From Antechinus flavipes (taxonomy: Eukaryota): a DNA stretch of 64,000 nt. Both the position numbers and the translations under genes were made by a program. The notes under the pieces are model-generated. The model made no database searches. It had not been told where the DNA came from and worked only from the letters and a program-made list of their open reading frames with translations. The stretch spans positions 358,670,001-358,734,000 of the forward strand of contig NC_067400.1 in assembly GCF_016432865.1 (NCBI RefSeq), read 5' to 3'. Below, piece after piece: positions 50,421 through 63,061 of this stretch (the stretch's first letter is position 1; each line of letters opens with the position of its first letter).

Positions 50421-52544
50421 GAATTATTATTATTATTATTAGAACAGGCCATATTATCCAAAGAAACTTGGAGAGTATATGTCTAATGGCAATGTATTAG
50501 TGAGAAGGAAATTTCATATAATCTTTTAATAAAGGTTGTGAGTTTGGAAATCATAACTTTCTTCAAAATGTGGATGTATGGTAGTATACCTTTATACTTC
50601 ATGCTACTAAGAGAAAGTGATATTCATGGATCTTAGGAATTCTGAGATATGTATATATGTATGTATGTATGTACATGTGTGTGTGTCATGTCATCAGATT
50701 TTCAGACAAAGTCTGCTACAAATATGATGAGTTCCCAGGCAGTCACTACATGGTCTATAGAGGGGCAAAGCTGCTGAAGTTAAGAAATAGAATTGGGTAA
50801 TGTCCCAAGATAATCAGTAGTGGGCTCAGTTGCATGAGTAGCCGTTATAGTTATCATCTAGGCAAGATCAAGTCCCAAAAAAGAAAGGTAAAGATGATGA
50901 GAAGACAAGAATAATAAGTGCTAATGAAGATATCTATATCCCAATTTCTAAACATGAATGGTGAAAAAATATACCTGAAATTTTAGTAAATTATAGTAAA
51001 TATGTTTTCAAATCTAATTTTCAAGAAATGGTGGGTTAGGATTCATTAGTGAAATAGAGCAATGAAAAAGTTCAAAAGACACCCATTTAAAAGGGAATGG
51101 AGGAGGAGGAGGATTACACAATATATAAAAAAATAACAATCCTTTTTGGAACTTCAATAACTAGAAGATGAAGTCCTGGTAAAAGGGATCTGAATGAGGA
51201 TATAAGCAAAGAAAAGCAAAAATAGCATTATTTTTGCTGCAAAAACATTTGAAATTTCTGACTTTTCTTGCTGATCATTTCCTTTCTTTGAAAGCTGAAC
51301 AAGCAATAAGGGGAAGGATTGTTCTAGATTTAATTCTGCCCCAAAAGGAAACAAAACTGGTTGATGAATATGGAATTAATAGAAATTGTCATTCCAGTCT
51401 CTGCCTCTACTGGATTGTGTAGATGTTGTAGAAGGTATTCTAGCATTGGTTCAGGAACTGAACCAGAGGATTTCAAGACTAGCTTACTAATTGTGGGAGT
51501 CCAAGATTTTGCATCTTGAATTTTCCTAAGGGCATATTGTTAAAGTCTTCATTTCTTTACACCCAATATTCAACCATGCCATGCATTCATTAACATACCA
51601 AAAATCTCATTATTCTTCACCTTTAATGACTTGTGTATACTTGTACAATGAAACTGCACATGATGGGGGTAGGGAAAGCTAATAACTATAACAACCCTTC
51701 CCCCTACTCCACTGAATTTCCATTCTCTCTTCTTCTCTTTCTCAGATTTTCTGGGCTTTAAAAGTAGGCTTATCTGCTTCTACTTCTCTGGGCACCTAAG
51801 TGCATGCTGCACTTCCTGATTTTTCAAAAGGAACTTGTACTAAGGAATGAAGATTAAATCATAGACTCATATAAGTACCAAATGATAGAAATGTATAAGT
51901 TTCTTAGGGTTTATATATTTCTGACCCAAGTTTCAATTTAAAAAACGCTTATGGAAAGTATGATTCTCACCTCCCCCTCCCCCTTTTTTTTTTTGCTTTA
52001 ATTCTGTTTATTGGCCTTCTGGCCTCAAAAGTAGGTGCCTTATTTCCTTAACCCTGTTAGAGCAATATCATGTTAATTAAACCACCAGAAACTGCCTACT
52101 CATGGCTTTAAGTTTGGCCATTTCGGCTGCCTCTGTAAGTTGCTGCATCTTGCCTTGGGAATTATTTTAGCTCTTAGCTTACTGCATATTGGAGATGGTT
52201 TACTTGACTTGAGCTCATGATAATTAAGTGGACTCATGAGAATAGCCCACTCCTCGAGTTTTCTCTGAAGACACCCAAAGATATTGTTTCTAGAACCTAA
52301 CATTACAATGTCACAATAGCAAAAATAAACTTGTGTGAAAAGTGATAGATATTTTCTCCACTGAGGAAAGAAGGTTATTCCTTTACAATCTGCTTAAAGA
52401 GATTTTTTTTGTCATATATTCTTTTAGCAGTCAGGTAAAACCTATAAACAACTCTAAATAACATTTAAAATGCATAATGTCAACTAGAGAGCATTATTAA
52501 AAGTCAATTATATTAAGAGATAATTATGATAATATTTTATAATA

Positions 52545-52735
52545 AAGTTTCTAAAACTGTGAGGTTGCAACCCCATGTGGAGTCATGTCTCTGAATGTGG
52601 AGGAAGTCACAAAATCATGATTTATTATCAGTAAATGTTTGAATTACCATTTTATATACTTATATATTCAGTGTCCTGTAAAAATTTCTTGGGCAAAAAG
52701 GGTTGCCTAGTAAAATAAAGTATAAGAAGTCCTAT
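52545..52735 (+). mobile_element. Non-autonomous hAT (MER5/Charlie-like) MITE
   Basis: ggttgcaaccccatgtggagtcatg ... gtaaaaatttcttgggcaaaaagggttgc ... taagaagtcct; degenerate terminal repeats. Confidence 0.65.
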
Positions 52736-53844
52736 TTTAGAAGATCACAGACCCTACATAGAGACCCAGATAAAGAATTTATTATGAATCAAGTACTGAC
52801 AGTCATCTTCTTGCCATGGAGATACAGATGTTAAATACTGCTTTTTTATCTATTATAGTTGTTTCTAGAGATATTCTATATTACAATACCCCCCATTTTT
52901 CCAGTTAGATGTTTGTTTCTCAAAAATGAATCCATCTTTCTTTTTGAAATGTGCTGACTATATATATATATGTTTCTCATGAAAAGAAGTTTTAATAATT
53001 AAAGAAGTATAGGTGTATCATGTTGACACTAAAAACCCATCTAACAGGTTAGGCATCAATATTTCTACAGAAAATATCTTATTCAACATCTCCTTTTCTT
53101 TTTTCAGTTATAGGCACTTTTCTGATAGCACATAATCAAAATTACATTATAAAAAAGGCTATCATGAAACAAAATTTGCAGGCTGCAAAATAAGATTTTG
53201 GTGAGATTCAGATTTATCAAAAGATCTGCTTTCTATAATAGCTCTAGACACTTTTATCTGTGATTTCTATAACTTTTCAACTGCAACAAAAGCATTTTGA
53301 GGTGACCTGTCTCTTCCTCCTCTCCTTAAGCAAATAATTGAAAAACATCCGAGAAACAACAGATGGTAGCATCTTTGGAAAATGCAACATTAGGATAATA
53401 TTTGTGATAATAAACAGAGAAGAAACAAAAGCAAGCAATGAGAAAAAGGGGGGAAACAAGCATTTGCTTTATAGATTACTGAATCTTATCTTCTGAATAA
53501 ATTAAACAATGGCTATGATGATACCTTATGATGACTACTAAGACAGTAGATGTAAAAAAGAATACAAGTGAAATCTACCAACCCACAAATATTTGTGAAT
53601 GTTTCTACATGCAAAGCAAAAAAACAATTATAGTCAGAAATATAAAAACATATAATATTAGAACTGAAGGGCAATCTAGAGATCATGTAATCCAAATTCC
53701 ACATTTTATATTAAAGAAAATAAGGACCAAAGAGGTAAAGTAATAATTTATGGTCACAGAATCAGTCTACTGTCCAGATATCTCTAGAATCCAGATTCCT
53801 GAGATAGTTTTGGTCATTCACCAGGAAATACAAGACAAGATATG

Positions 53845-53980
53845 CATCAGAAAGAGAAAGAGGGAAAAGAGATAGGGACAGGGAGAGAGAGGTAGAGACA
53901 GAGACACAGAGACAGAGAAATGGAAGGAAGGAGGAAAGAAGGGGAAAAGGGGAGGAAGGAAGGAAGGAAGAAAGAGTAGC
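53845..53980. repeat. GA-rich polypurine tract
   Basis: Direct reading. Confidence 0.85.
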
Positions 53981-54219
53981 AGTTATATAGGAATTCTCTC
54001 TTTGCAAAACATTATACAAATGTATACATTAGCATACTTGATCCTCAAAACAACTTTATAAGTTACTGGAAAATGCTTTCATCATTATCATTTTACATAT
54101 GAGGAATATGAACATGTGAGATTAAGTGACTTGTTTAAGATCACTTGAACTCAGATTTCCCTGACTTCAATTCCAGTGATCTATTCATTTAGGATGACAA
54201 TATACAGAATAATATTTGT

Positions 54220-54460
54220 CCCAGTTATTTTTTCAGTTGTGTCTCTCTTTTCATGATCTTGTGATCTCTTGGCAAAGATACTAGAGTGTTGCCATTTTGT
54301 TCTCTAGCTTATTTTACAGATGAGGAAACTGAAGCTAATAGGGTTAAAGTGACTTGCCTAAAGTAACACAGTAAGTGTCTGAGAACAGATTTGAACTCAC
54401 TAAGACAAGTCTTCCTGACTCTATGCCTGGTGCTCTATTTATTGATCCCCCTAGTTGCAC
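54220..54460 (-). mobile_element. MAR1-type SINE
   Basis: ggcaaagatactagagtg, attttacagatgaggaaactgaag, gatttgaactcactaagacaagtcttcctgact. Confidence 0.85.
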
Positions 54461-55144
54461 TTGTATATTTAAGGACTAAGTATAGTAATGAAGACTACAA
54501 TTATTACAGGAATTCAAAGAAGAAAATAGTACTTGAAGGAAGGAAAACTACTTGAGGAAGAAGGACTTGATCTGGTCTTTTAAGTATGGTAGGATGAATA
54601 ATACTTCCTATGACAAAGGGGAATCATTCTGGGTAAAGGTATCATAAGCAAAAACCTAGAAGGGGACATACTATGCACCTTGTCAGATAATGGAGAATGT
54701 GTATGAATAGCTTTAATAAAGTCATATGAGGAGATTGAGGGTAAAGCTAGAGGTCTTTAAAGCCAAATACAGGTATATATACTTGATGTGATGAGAAGTA
54801 GGGAGTCTCAGGCTTTTACTTATAAACCACTTTCAGATTTGCAAATTATTACCCCCATTTTATACAGGAGAAAATTGAGACAAACAGAAGGTAAGTAGTT
54901 TGCCTGGGATCTCATAGCTAGCAGATGTTTGAGGAAGGATCTGAATCACTGTGCCACCCAGCTGTCTAAGCATGCTATTGATATACTATCAATATCCTAT
55001 CAACATCATATATTGAAGAGGTACTAGGCCTTTCTGCAAGTAGATCTATCTAGGAACATATATGGGGTGAGAAAGCTTAATTTGGAAAGGTAACAATAGA
55101 AATGTTAGAAAAATCACTTTTTATGACTTTGCTAATTCAGTTCT

Positions 55145-57340
55145 GGACATCCAGGAGCCAAGATGGAAGAGTAACCAGTAAATTATCATAACTTTCTCAT
55201 ATTTACCTCCAATCAACTATAATATAGGATCCCACATCAAATCCTGGAATAGCAAAATCAGCAAAAAGATGGGCAAAATCATCTTTGAACCCAAGAAACT
55301 TGTAAGATTGTCAGGCAATTCACTTGAGTAAAAGAGAAATGCAATCCAGGACAGGAAGTATTCCAGCAAGCCAGTAGCAAGCCCTTCTCAACAAACCAGC
55401 AATAGATCCTGAGCCTGAGAAAATAGGTAACCCCCAGTGGCTAGACATCCAAGTGATTCGGTGTATGCTCAAAGAAATGTGGTAACACCCCATTGACCTC
55501 TGTTATTAGATATCAGCACTAGAAGCCAGCTCAGCACCAGGAAAACTACCAGACTCCTATGACCTCCAACATCATCAACCTTCCCGCACCTGCCCACTTC
55601 AGTGCAGTATCAAACAAAATGATTTTCCATGGGCCTTAGGGCAGCATCAGTGCACCACCAGATAAACAGCCAGAGCCTGCAACTTTTGACACAGAAAGCC
55701 TGAGCCAATCTCTTTCATCCTGTGAGCAGAGCTCAAATTTTTAAAAAAAAGGAAGAAGGCCAAAAAAAGATGAGCAGAAAACAACGACAAAGAACATGAC
55801 CACAGAAAGTTATTATGGTGACACAAATAAGGAAGAGGACAACAATGTCAAAATATTTATGGGCAAAAACCCAAAGAAAACTGAAAAGTAATTTTAAGCC
55901 TGGAAAGAATTCATGGAAGAACTCAAAAAGGAGCTTAAAAATCATATTAGAGAGATAAAAGTAAAATTGCAAAAAAATAGATTTGGCCAAATGGAAAAGG
56001 TGGTACAAAAATCCACTGAGGAAAACAAATCCTTTAATGGTACAATTGACCAAATAGAAAAGAAAGTACAAAAGCTAAATGAGGAAAACAACTCCTTAAA
56101 AGTAAAAATTGGGCAAGTAGAAAGAAGCTAATGATTCTATGTGACATCAAGAATCAATCAAATTTAAGAGAAAGAAAAAACAGAAAAAACAATACTTCAT
56201 TAGAAAACCTACTGACCTGGAAAACAGATCCAGCAGAATCAATGTCAACATGATTGGACTACTTGAAAACTATAATCAAAAAGAAGACATGGACAACATC
56301 TTTCAAGAAATTATTAAGGAAAAATGCCCTGATATCCTGGCACCAGAAAGCAAACTAGGCTTTGAAAAATCCACTGATCACTTCAGGAAGAAGATTGGAA
56401 TCTTCAAAATAAAAAGTTCAAGGAACAACTTAGCCAAAGTTTAGAACCATCAAGTTAAGGACAAAATGTTGCAACTGGCTAGAAAGGAACAATTCAAATA
56501 TCAAGGAGCCACAATCAGTATTACATAGGACTTAGAAGCTGCAACATTAAAAGATCAAAGGTCATGGAAAGTGATATTCTGGAAAACAAAGGAGCTAGAA
56601 CTAGAACCAAGAATCACTTATCTGGTGAAATTAAATATAATATAGCAAGGGAAACAATGGTCATTCAACTAAATATAAGAATTTCAAGTTTTTATAAAGG
56701 GAAGACCAGAATTAAATAAAAAATCTGATATCCAACATCAATACCCAAGAGAAGAATAAAGGGGCAAATGGGAAAAGAAAATTAGGGATTCGATGGAGCT
56801 GTTTACATCACTAAAAAGGAAGATGAATGTAATGGAATATTATTGTTAAATAAGAAATGGTGAATAGGCAGATTTTAGAAAAACCTCAGAAGAGTTAGAT
56901 GAACTGATGAAAAGTGAAATGAGCAGAATTAGAAAAACATTGTACACGGTTTCTGAAAAATTATGTGATGATCATCTATGAATGATTCAGCTATTTTCAT
57001 CAACAGAAAGAACTTATCGAGGAAGTGTTAGCCACATCTAAATAGAGAACTGATGGATTCTGAATGCAGTTTGAAAAATAATTCTTTCCATTTACTTTAT
57101 TCTTTTTATGTTTATTTTCTTTTGATCAGTTTGTTCTTTTACAACTATGACTATTATGGAAATATGGTTTAGATATAGCACATGTATAATATATATCAAA
57201 TTGCCTATCATTTTCAGAAGAAGGATGGGGAGGAAGGGAGGGAGAGAGACAGAAAAATTTGAAACTCAAAATCTTACAGAAATGAATGCTAAAAAATTAC
57301 CTTGACATGTAATTGAGGGGAAAAAAAACTATTATTTTAA
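55145..57340 (+). mobile_element. L1-derived element with 5'UTR, ORF1 and L1 3' end but lacking nearly all of ORF2 (HAL1-like or internally deleted L1)
   Basis: ggagccaagatgg 5' motif at 55154; decayed ORF1 55770-56759; junction near 56823-56830 into aatggaatattattg and gatgaactgatgaaaagtgaaatgagcagaa; G-rich 3'UTR and A-rich end; total about 2.2 kb. Confidence 0.85.
55770..56759 (+). pseudogene. Disrupted L1 ORF1 (coiled-coil and RNA-binding protein remnant)
   Basis: atgagcagaaaa start; peptides MEELKKELKNHIREIK...KLNEENNSLKVKIGQVE and IGLLENYNQKEDMDNIFQEIIKEKCPDIL are typical of ORF1p; multiple stops and frameshifts. Confidence 0.85.
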
Positions 57341-59218
57341 AAGATTACTTTTGAAGGAAAAATCAGTGATTGCATATGAGATATAAAAAAGAGTTATATA
57401 AGAAATTTAAGACAATGATTTTGAAAATGGGTAACACTGACAGAGAAATTTGAAGGTTAAAATGTTCAATATTTATCTCTATATAAATAATAAATGTGAG
57501 GGGATAACTTTACCCATGAATATTTATAATACAGATGATTAGCTTAACTCATTTACTGTGCAAGTTTCTGTAGGAGGAACAGATGAATAAAAAGATATGA
57601 CATGATTTCTCCTCATAATAATAGCCCAATGTTGCTTTAAGTTTTGCAAATTTTTTGTACATATAAATATGATCATCTATATCTTGTGAAATAATGTAAA
57701 GAATACAGAATCACATGGAAAGAAACACAAGTCCACTTTCCATCCAAAATACTTAATAGTCATGCATCTTTGCTTAATTATACACTCATACTGGTCTCAA
57801 TCATCTATAACAAAAGCAAGTTCTGCATTATTTTGAAGTTTCCTTTCAACTCAAATACTTTTTAATTTTTGTCACATCTTCTGTAACTCCAATGAGCTAT
57901 TAAAATGCTTTTAATTCTATTTAGAAAATAATTAAGTATAGAAAATAATTAAATATAGGAAATAATTTTCTATCTATTCCATCACAGGCCTATGTACTGG
58001 TCCAGAAGGGCCTATTTCAATTACCCATTCTGCTTAACATGAGTAAGGGCTTCTAACAACAGATACTATGTTGAATTCCATCTCCGAGATCAAGTGACAT
58101 TCAAATCCATTTAATGTTTGACTGACATAGGTTTTGATGTCATCTAAGTCCTTGATGAAAACAAAATCCTATTAGTCACAAGTGATGAGTACATGAGACT
58201 TTAGGATGCTAATGTTCCATTCATAATAAAAAAAGAAAGGTTCAGCATTTGTGAAATGCATTAATTTTCATTTATAATCCCAAGAATCAAGAAAGGAAAT
58301 AGAATCTGGGAGAGCTATGGGAGTGAGACTGTGGAAAATCCAAGATTGTATTTACCCAAATAACTTGTCTCTGTATTCCTCTGCAATTTTCACTGAGCTA
58401 AAATAATTTATTCAGGTAAGTATTGGTGGGAGGAGGGTACAGGAGAACAGAAAGAACACAGGAATTCATGCATAACTCTGCTGAGGTTCTGTTACTAAGA
58501 AAATCTGGGAAATTACACTGTGTCCTTGATTGATGTCAAAGAGGCGCACAAAATATAAAGGGTGAATGGAGGTTATAGAAAAAGGGCTTTTAATCTGGGT
58601 GATAAATTGCCAAATTCCATTATGCTTAATGAGTCTCATCAATGCATAGTTAGAATCAAGAAAATAATAAGACCCTTCTCAAAGGCTGGTATAAACAAAT
58701 TAGAGGAATTAATAATAAAAATCCTATTAATCTGTGTGTGTGTAATTTCAAGGAGTTAATGAAGTCAATTTAGAAAGTTTTGGCTAATGCATTTTTAGCA
58801 TTTTTAAATGCTAGATCATCAAAAGCGATTTCATCTTTCCTCAATTTTTCCCCAAAGTACACTCTCTTGAAGATCTGCAGAATTATATTTTTGGTTAACA
58901 ACTCTCTAAGAGGATACTATTTGGAAACTATGGGATATGACAAAGAGAGTGTTGTAAGCTTTAGAATGCAAGGCTGCAATGTGAGATGCATATTGACCTG
59001 AAAGAAATAAATGAGATTGTGTCAAGGAAATTCCCCTCTAGTATTGCAATATGCAGTTTGACCATAAGGAGACTACAAGAAGACACAGGCCTTCCATCAT
59101 CCGACCACTAAACTATAAATCTTCCACTTTTCAGTAGAAAGTCACCAGTGGGAAATAAGAGATGTGACCCAGAAATATTCATGTACCTTTAAAAATAAAG
59201 ATATATATAAATATCTAT

Positions 59219-59229
59219 ATCCACATCTA

Positions 59230-59262
<33 letters not shown>

Positions 59263-59272
59263 GTCTATCTAT
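59219..59272. repeat. (TATC)n tetranucleotide microsatellite
   Basis: Direct reading. Confidence 0.95.
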
Positions 59273-60079
59273 ATTTAGTCAACTATGACTTCACTGGCAT
59301 AGGTATGATTTCCATTGGTGTAGTTTACAACTTTTCCATACTTTCTCATTCTGGATAATACTTATTCATATTTTGTTATAATCCTTCCATAAAAATTTTA
59401 CTCAGAAAGCTGGAGATCTTTCCCTTGTTCTTTTAAACTCTTGGGGCTATGCAGCCATACTTAACATAATCAATCTATCTCCTATTCTATCTTTTCAGTA
59501 ATATCTTTGATATCACTTCTTCCATAGATGTTACTGTTGATAACATGCTACAGACTACTTATACCTAAAACAGGTTTCACAATTGCCTTATTGATTATTG
59601 GTTATTTTAATTTTCATGGGAATATGGTAACTTAGGGGGAAACTGCTGGTGGTTTTATAGGACACATGTTTACTTAGAAGCTCAGAATTAGAAAAAGAGT
59701 ATTTTTAAATGAATTTTTTATCAGAATTCATGTATATTATTCTTTCTTTCATTATCAAAGAAGAAATATTAACAGAAATACCCCTTAGGGAGAGGAGGGT
59801 TCGGAAAACACTTGGTTTATAGTTTTGCTTTCCAAAGTTGGAGGAATGATTTTTGAAGTAGCTGCCTGGTTACATTTTTCACTAATACTGATATCATGTG
59901 TGACATTATAATCTGAAGAATGCAAAACATAGCCTATTGGTGGTGGCAAAAGCTACTATGTGACAACACGGTAGTTGCTGTATATATCATCTTTAAAAAT
60001 TAAGGATATATTCATTTGCTTATGGTCTATGTAATTTATGGAAAGAATGAGTATTATTATATTTCCCCAGAAAAAAAAA

Positions 60080-60240
60080 TGACTAGAAGGTAAGAGACCT
60101 GAGTTCTTGTCCTAGATCTACAACTCCCTATCTGAGTTACTTTGGATAAGTCCCTCAATCTTACCTCAGATTCCTTACCTGTAAAATGGGACAATAAGAC
60201 AAGATAATGTTTATGACTTCTACTTCTAACAATCTATGAT
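60080..60240 (+). mobile_element. CORE-SINE (MIR-like) fragment
   Basis: agacctgagttcttgtcc, ggataagtccctca, cttacctgtaaaatggg. Confidence 0.65.
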
Positions 60241-62218
60241 TATAATATAATCTGTGAAAAGTCACTTTTTTTCTTATTTCATTTGCTAGGAAACTATCTT
60301 TATTCATCACATACTAGTTTCATCCTTTCTGTAGAATTGGATCCAGGACATCCATTAAAGACTTTTCCTCATTTTCCTTCCATGCAGCTTCAAAACCTTT
60401 TTTCTGTTTTCTTCTTTGCTGACAAAATTTTTCCTTCCATATCCTAATTATAAATGTGCCCTAAAATCTTCTCCTTGGGTTTTTGTTCTTTATTTTCCGC
60501 ATCTTGTCCCTTCTGAACTTTCATAATGTCATACTAATAGTCTTTAAACATATACTTCTCAGATGATTTTTTTAACCTCATAGAAATGAATGATTTACTT
60601 TTATTCTTTGCCCATATCCCTCACAGCCTATTCCTTCTGCACTTTCAGTAATGGATATTCTCAACCTTATTAATCCTAAATTTTGGCTGAGACAAACTAT
60701 CTGGTTTTCCAGATTTTGCCTGTTTTGTGACAATTTAATGTACACGACTTACTTGTGTCCTTAGCATCATTATCCTAAACAATACAGCATGGATCTAGCT
60801 GAAATTACCATGTGAAGAGGGAAAAGGGCCTCTATACTAACTGATTTGGGATAGGGATACACATTGGGAATCTAGAACTTCTCACCCTGGCAAATAGTTC
60901 CTCCTGTTTCTTTTCTCCTTCCTGACATCTTCAAGAAGCACTGATCTACATGTTATATATGCAAATAACATCCCCAAACAATACAATACTAGAAGGGATC
61001 TTTGGATTTATCTTCTTCTGTCTCCCTAACTTACATATGAGGAAACTAAGACCAAGAGAGATGAAATTCCTTGCCCAAATTCCCATAGCCGGTTAGTTTT
61101 GGAGATACATGATATTTAAGCCGACAACAAGGTTGGAGTTGGTTGTATAAAAATAAAGGTAGAAAAATGAACAAATATATAAATTATTTAATATATTGAA
61201 TGATGAGGAAATTAAAAGAAATTACAAATTTATGTCAGCTTCAAATATCTTTAATATTTTTATTATCAAATTCAAATAATAGAAACATCCATAGTTTAAT
61301 TATGGATGTTTATACTAGATATGATATTCTGCCCATAGGACACACTACAGCATGAAAGACACCTTAGTCTGTCTTATAAGGATATTTAAAAATGTAACTC
61401 TAACCCATGTGTTCACTTTTAGCTACCCCACACAATCCTTCACTTCAGTCAAAATACTATGTTTGTTATGTCCACAATATACTTTGCCTCCTAGTCTTTG
61501 GTTCCCCCCCCTCTGAAGTCATTCATGATTAAGATGATTTTAATGTGCATCATGCCAGGGAATTCTTAACAGGACCAATGAACTTTGAGTATGGGATCTA
61601 AGCTACTAATCAAGGGGATTTATGGAAATAATACATGTCTCTGAGATTGATGAAATAATAATAAATCAAGCATGTTTTTTTTTTTTTTTTTTAGCGAAAT
61701 AGAAACAATGTTGTGGTCCTCTTTCCAATGTGTCTCTTCCATACTCCTTTCTAGCTTTTTTCCTTCTTCATCTCCTAAGTCTAAAAGAGTGAATCACTTC
61801 CTTGAAGGATATGGAGAAAAGTTTCCCAGCCTCAGCAATTCACATAAAAACAAAGTCGCAGGATGAGAAAAAGCATGAACAGGCCGTACCACTCTAGTCT
61901 GAATTCAATTAAGCTTGTCATCTTATGGGAAACAGATCATTGTAAGTGCTGTTTATTTTGACTATGACAGTATCCTTATGTAAGCATCTTGAGGATAGAA
62001 GCAATATCCTATATCCATGTGTAGTCCTACCATCCTAGCATAATGTCCTGCCTGTAATAAGCATTAGTCTCCCAATAATAATGATGATAAACTAAAAATC
62101 TTTACTATCCTTAAACTTAGGGGAAATAATCATTCCACATAGTTGATTCTAAACAGCTGAATTTTATCTCATTAATCAACAACTGTTTTAAAAGGTATTC
62201 TATTTTATGGACATATTT

Positions 62219-62723
62219 CTAATGAGATATTTTATATTTTCTTTTATTTTTTCATTTTTAAAATTTTTGTTTGACTGTCTTGATTTCTCATTGAATTATT
62301 CACTTTCATTTGTCCACTTCGAATTTTTAGTGAATCATTTTCTTCAGTTAATTTTTAACCTCCTTTTACATTTGGTAGCTAATTGTACTTTCAAAGGAGT
62401 TGTTTGGTTCAGTGGATTTTTTTTTTCCATTTTGCCAATTCTCTTTTTAAGAAGCTATTTTCTTTTTCCATTTCACCAAATTTATTTTTTAGGGAGTTGT
62501 TTTATTCAGTCAAGCCATAGATGTTTTTTCCTCCAACCTATCATAACTCTTGGGCCCAGCTTTCATTTTTCCCCCCATTTTTTCCTACCTCTCTTTTAAG
62601 ATTCTTTTTTTTTAACTCTTTCAAGATTGCTTTTTGAGGTGGAGACCAATTCATATCCCACTTGAAAGCTTCACCTGAAGGCATTTTGCCTTTGTTGTCT
62701 TCTTTTGGATTTATCTTCTGATC
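62219..62723 (-). mobile_element. Internal L1 ORF1 fragment between exact 15-bp direct repeats, no 3'UTR or poly-A
   Basis: tttatggacatattt at 62204-62218 and 62724-62738; the antisense interior (gaagacaacaaagg, gaattggtctcc, aaaatatctcattag) is homologous to 55830-56200. Confidence 0.8.
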
Positions 62724-63061
62724 TTTATGGACATATTTTTACACTTCATTATATACTTTTCTATCTTTGTAGATAGGATATGCTGAAAATAATTTATCCT
62801 TTTTTTTATAACTTAAGTCCATAGCTATAAGGCATACTTTAATAGGACTAGAAAAAAGTAATGATTTTTTAAATAAAATTTAGTGATGTTTTCAGGGTCT
62901 ACTCAGGCCTCTTGAGGTTGTTTGCTCTTAAAATAAATGGTTTCAGAATAGTGCATCTTGAAAATCATTTTTGTCTGCTTTTAATGTTATGTATGCATCA
63001 GAAGATTATCTATCTTGACTTCAGATTCTTTCCTGTTAACAAGTGTCCTCATTCTCCATTT

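Noticed and set aside
55733-56071. 112-aa minus-strand ORF
   Set aside because: Antisense reading of A-rich L1 ORF1, which gives Phe/Leu-rich pseudo-membrane peptides.
59944-59980. Small hairpin gctact...ggtagt as a possible miRNA precursor
   Set aside because: The stem is far too short and depends on wobble pairs.
61694-61900. Poly-T plus AG acceptor-like site and short ORFs on both strands
   Set aside because: The poly-T is a mononucleotide run; there is no matching donor and no recognisable peptide.
62207-62599. 130-aa plus-strand hydrophobic ORF
   Set aside because: Antisense of the L1 ORF1 fragment, not a gene.
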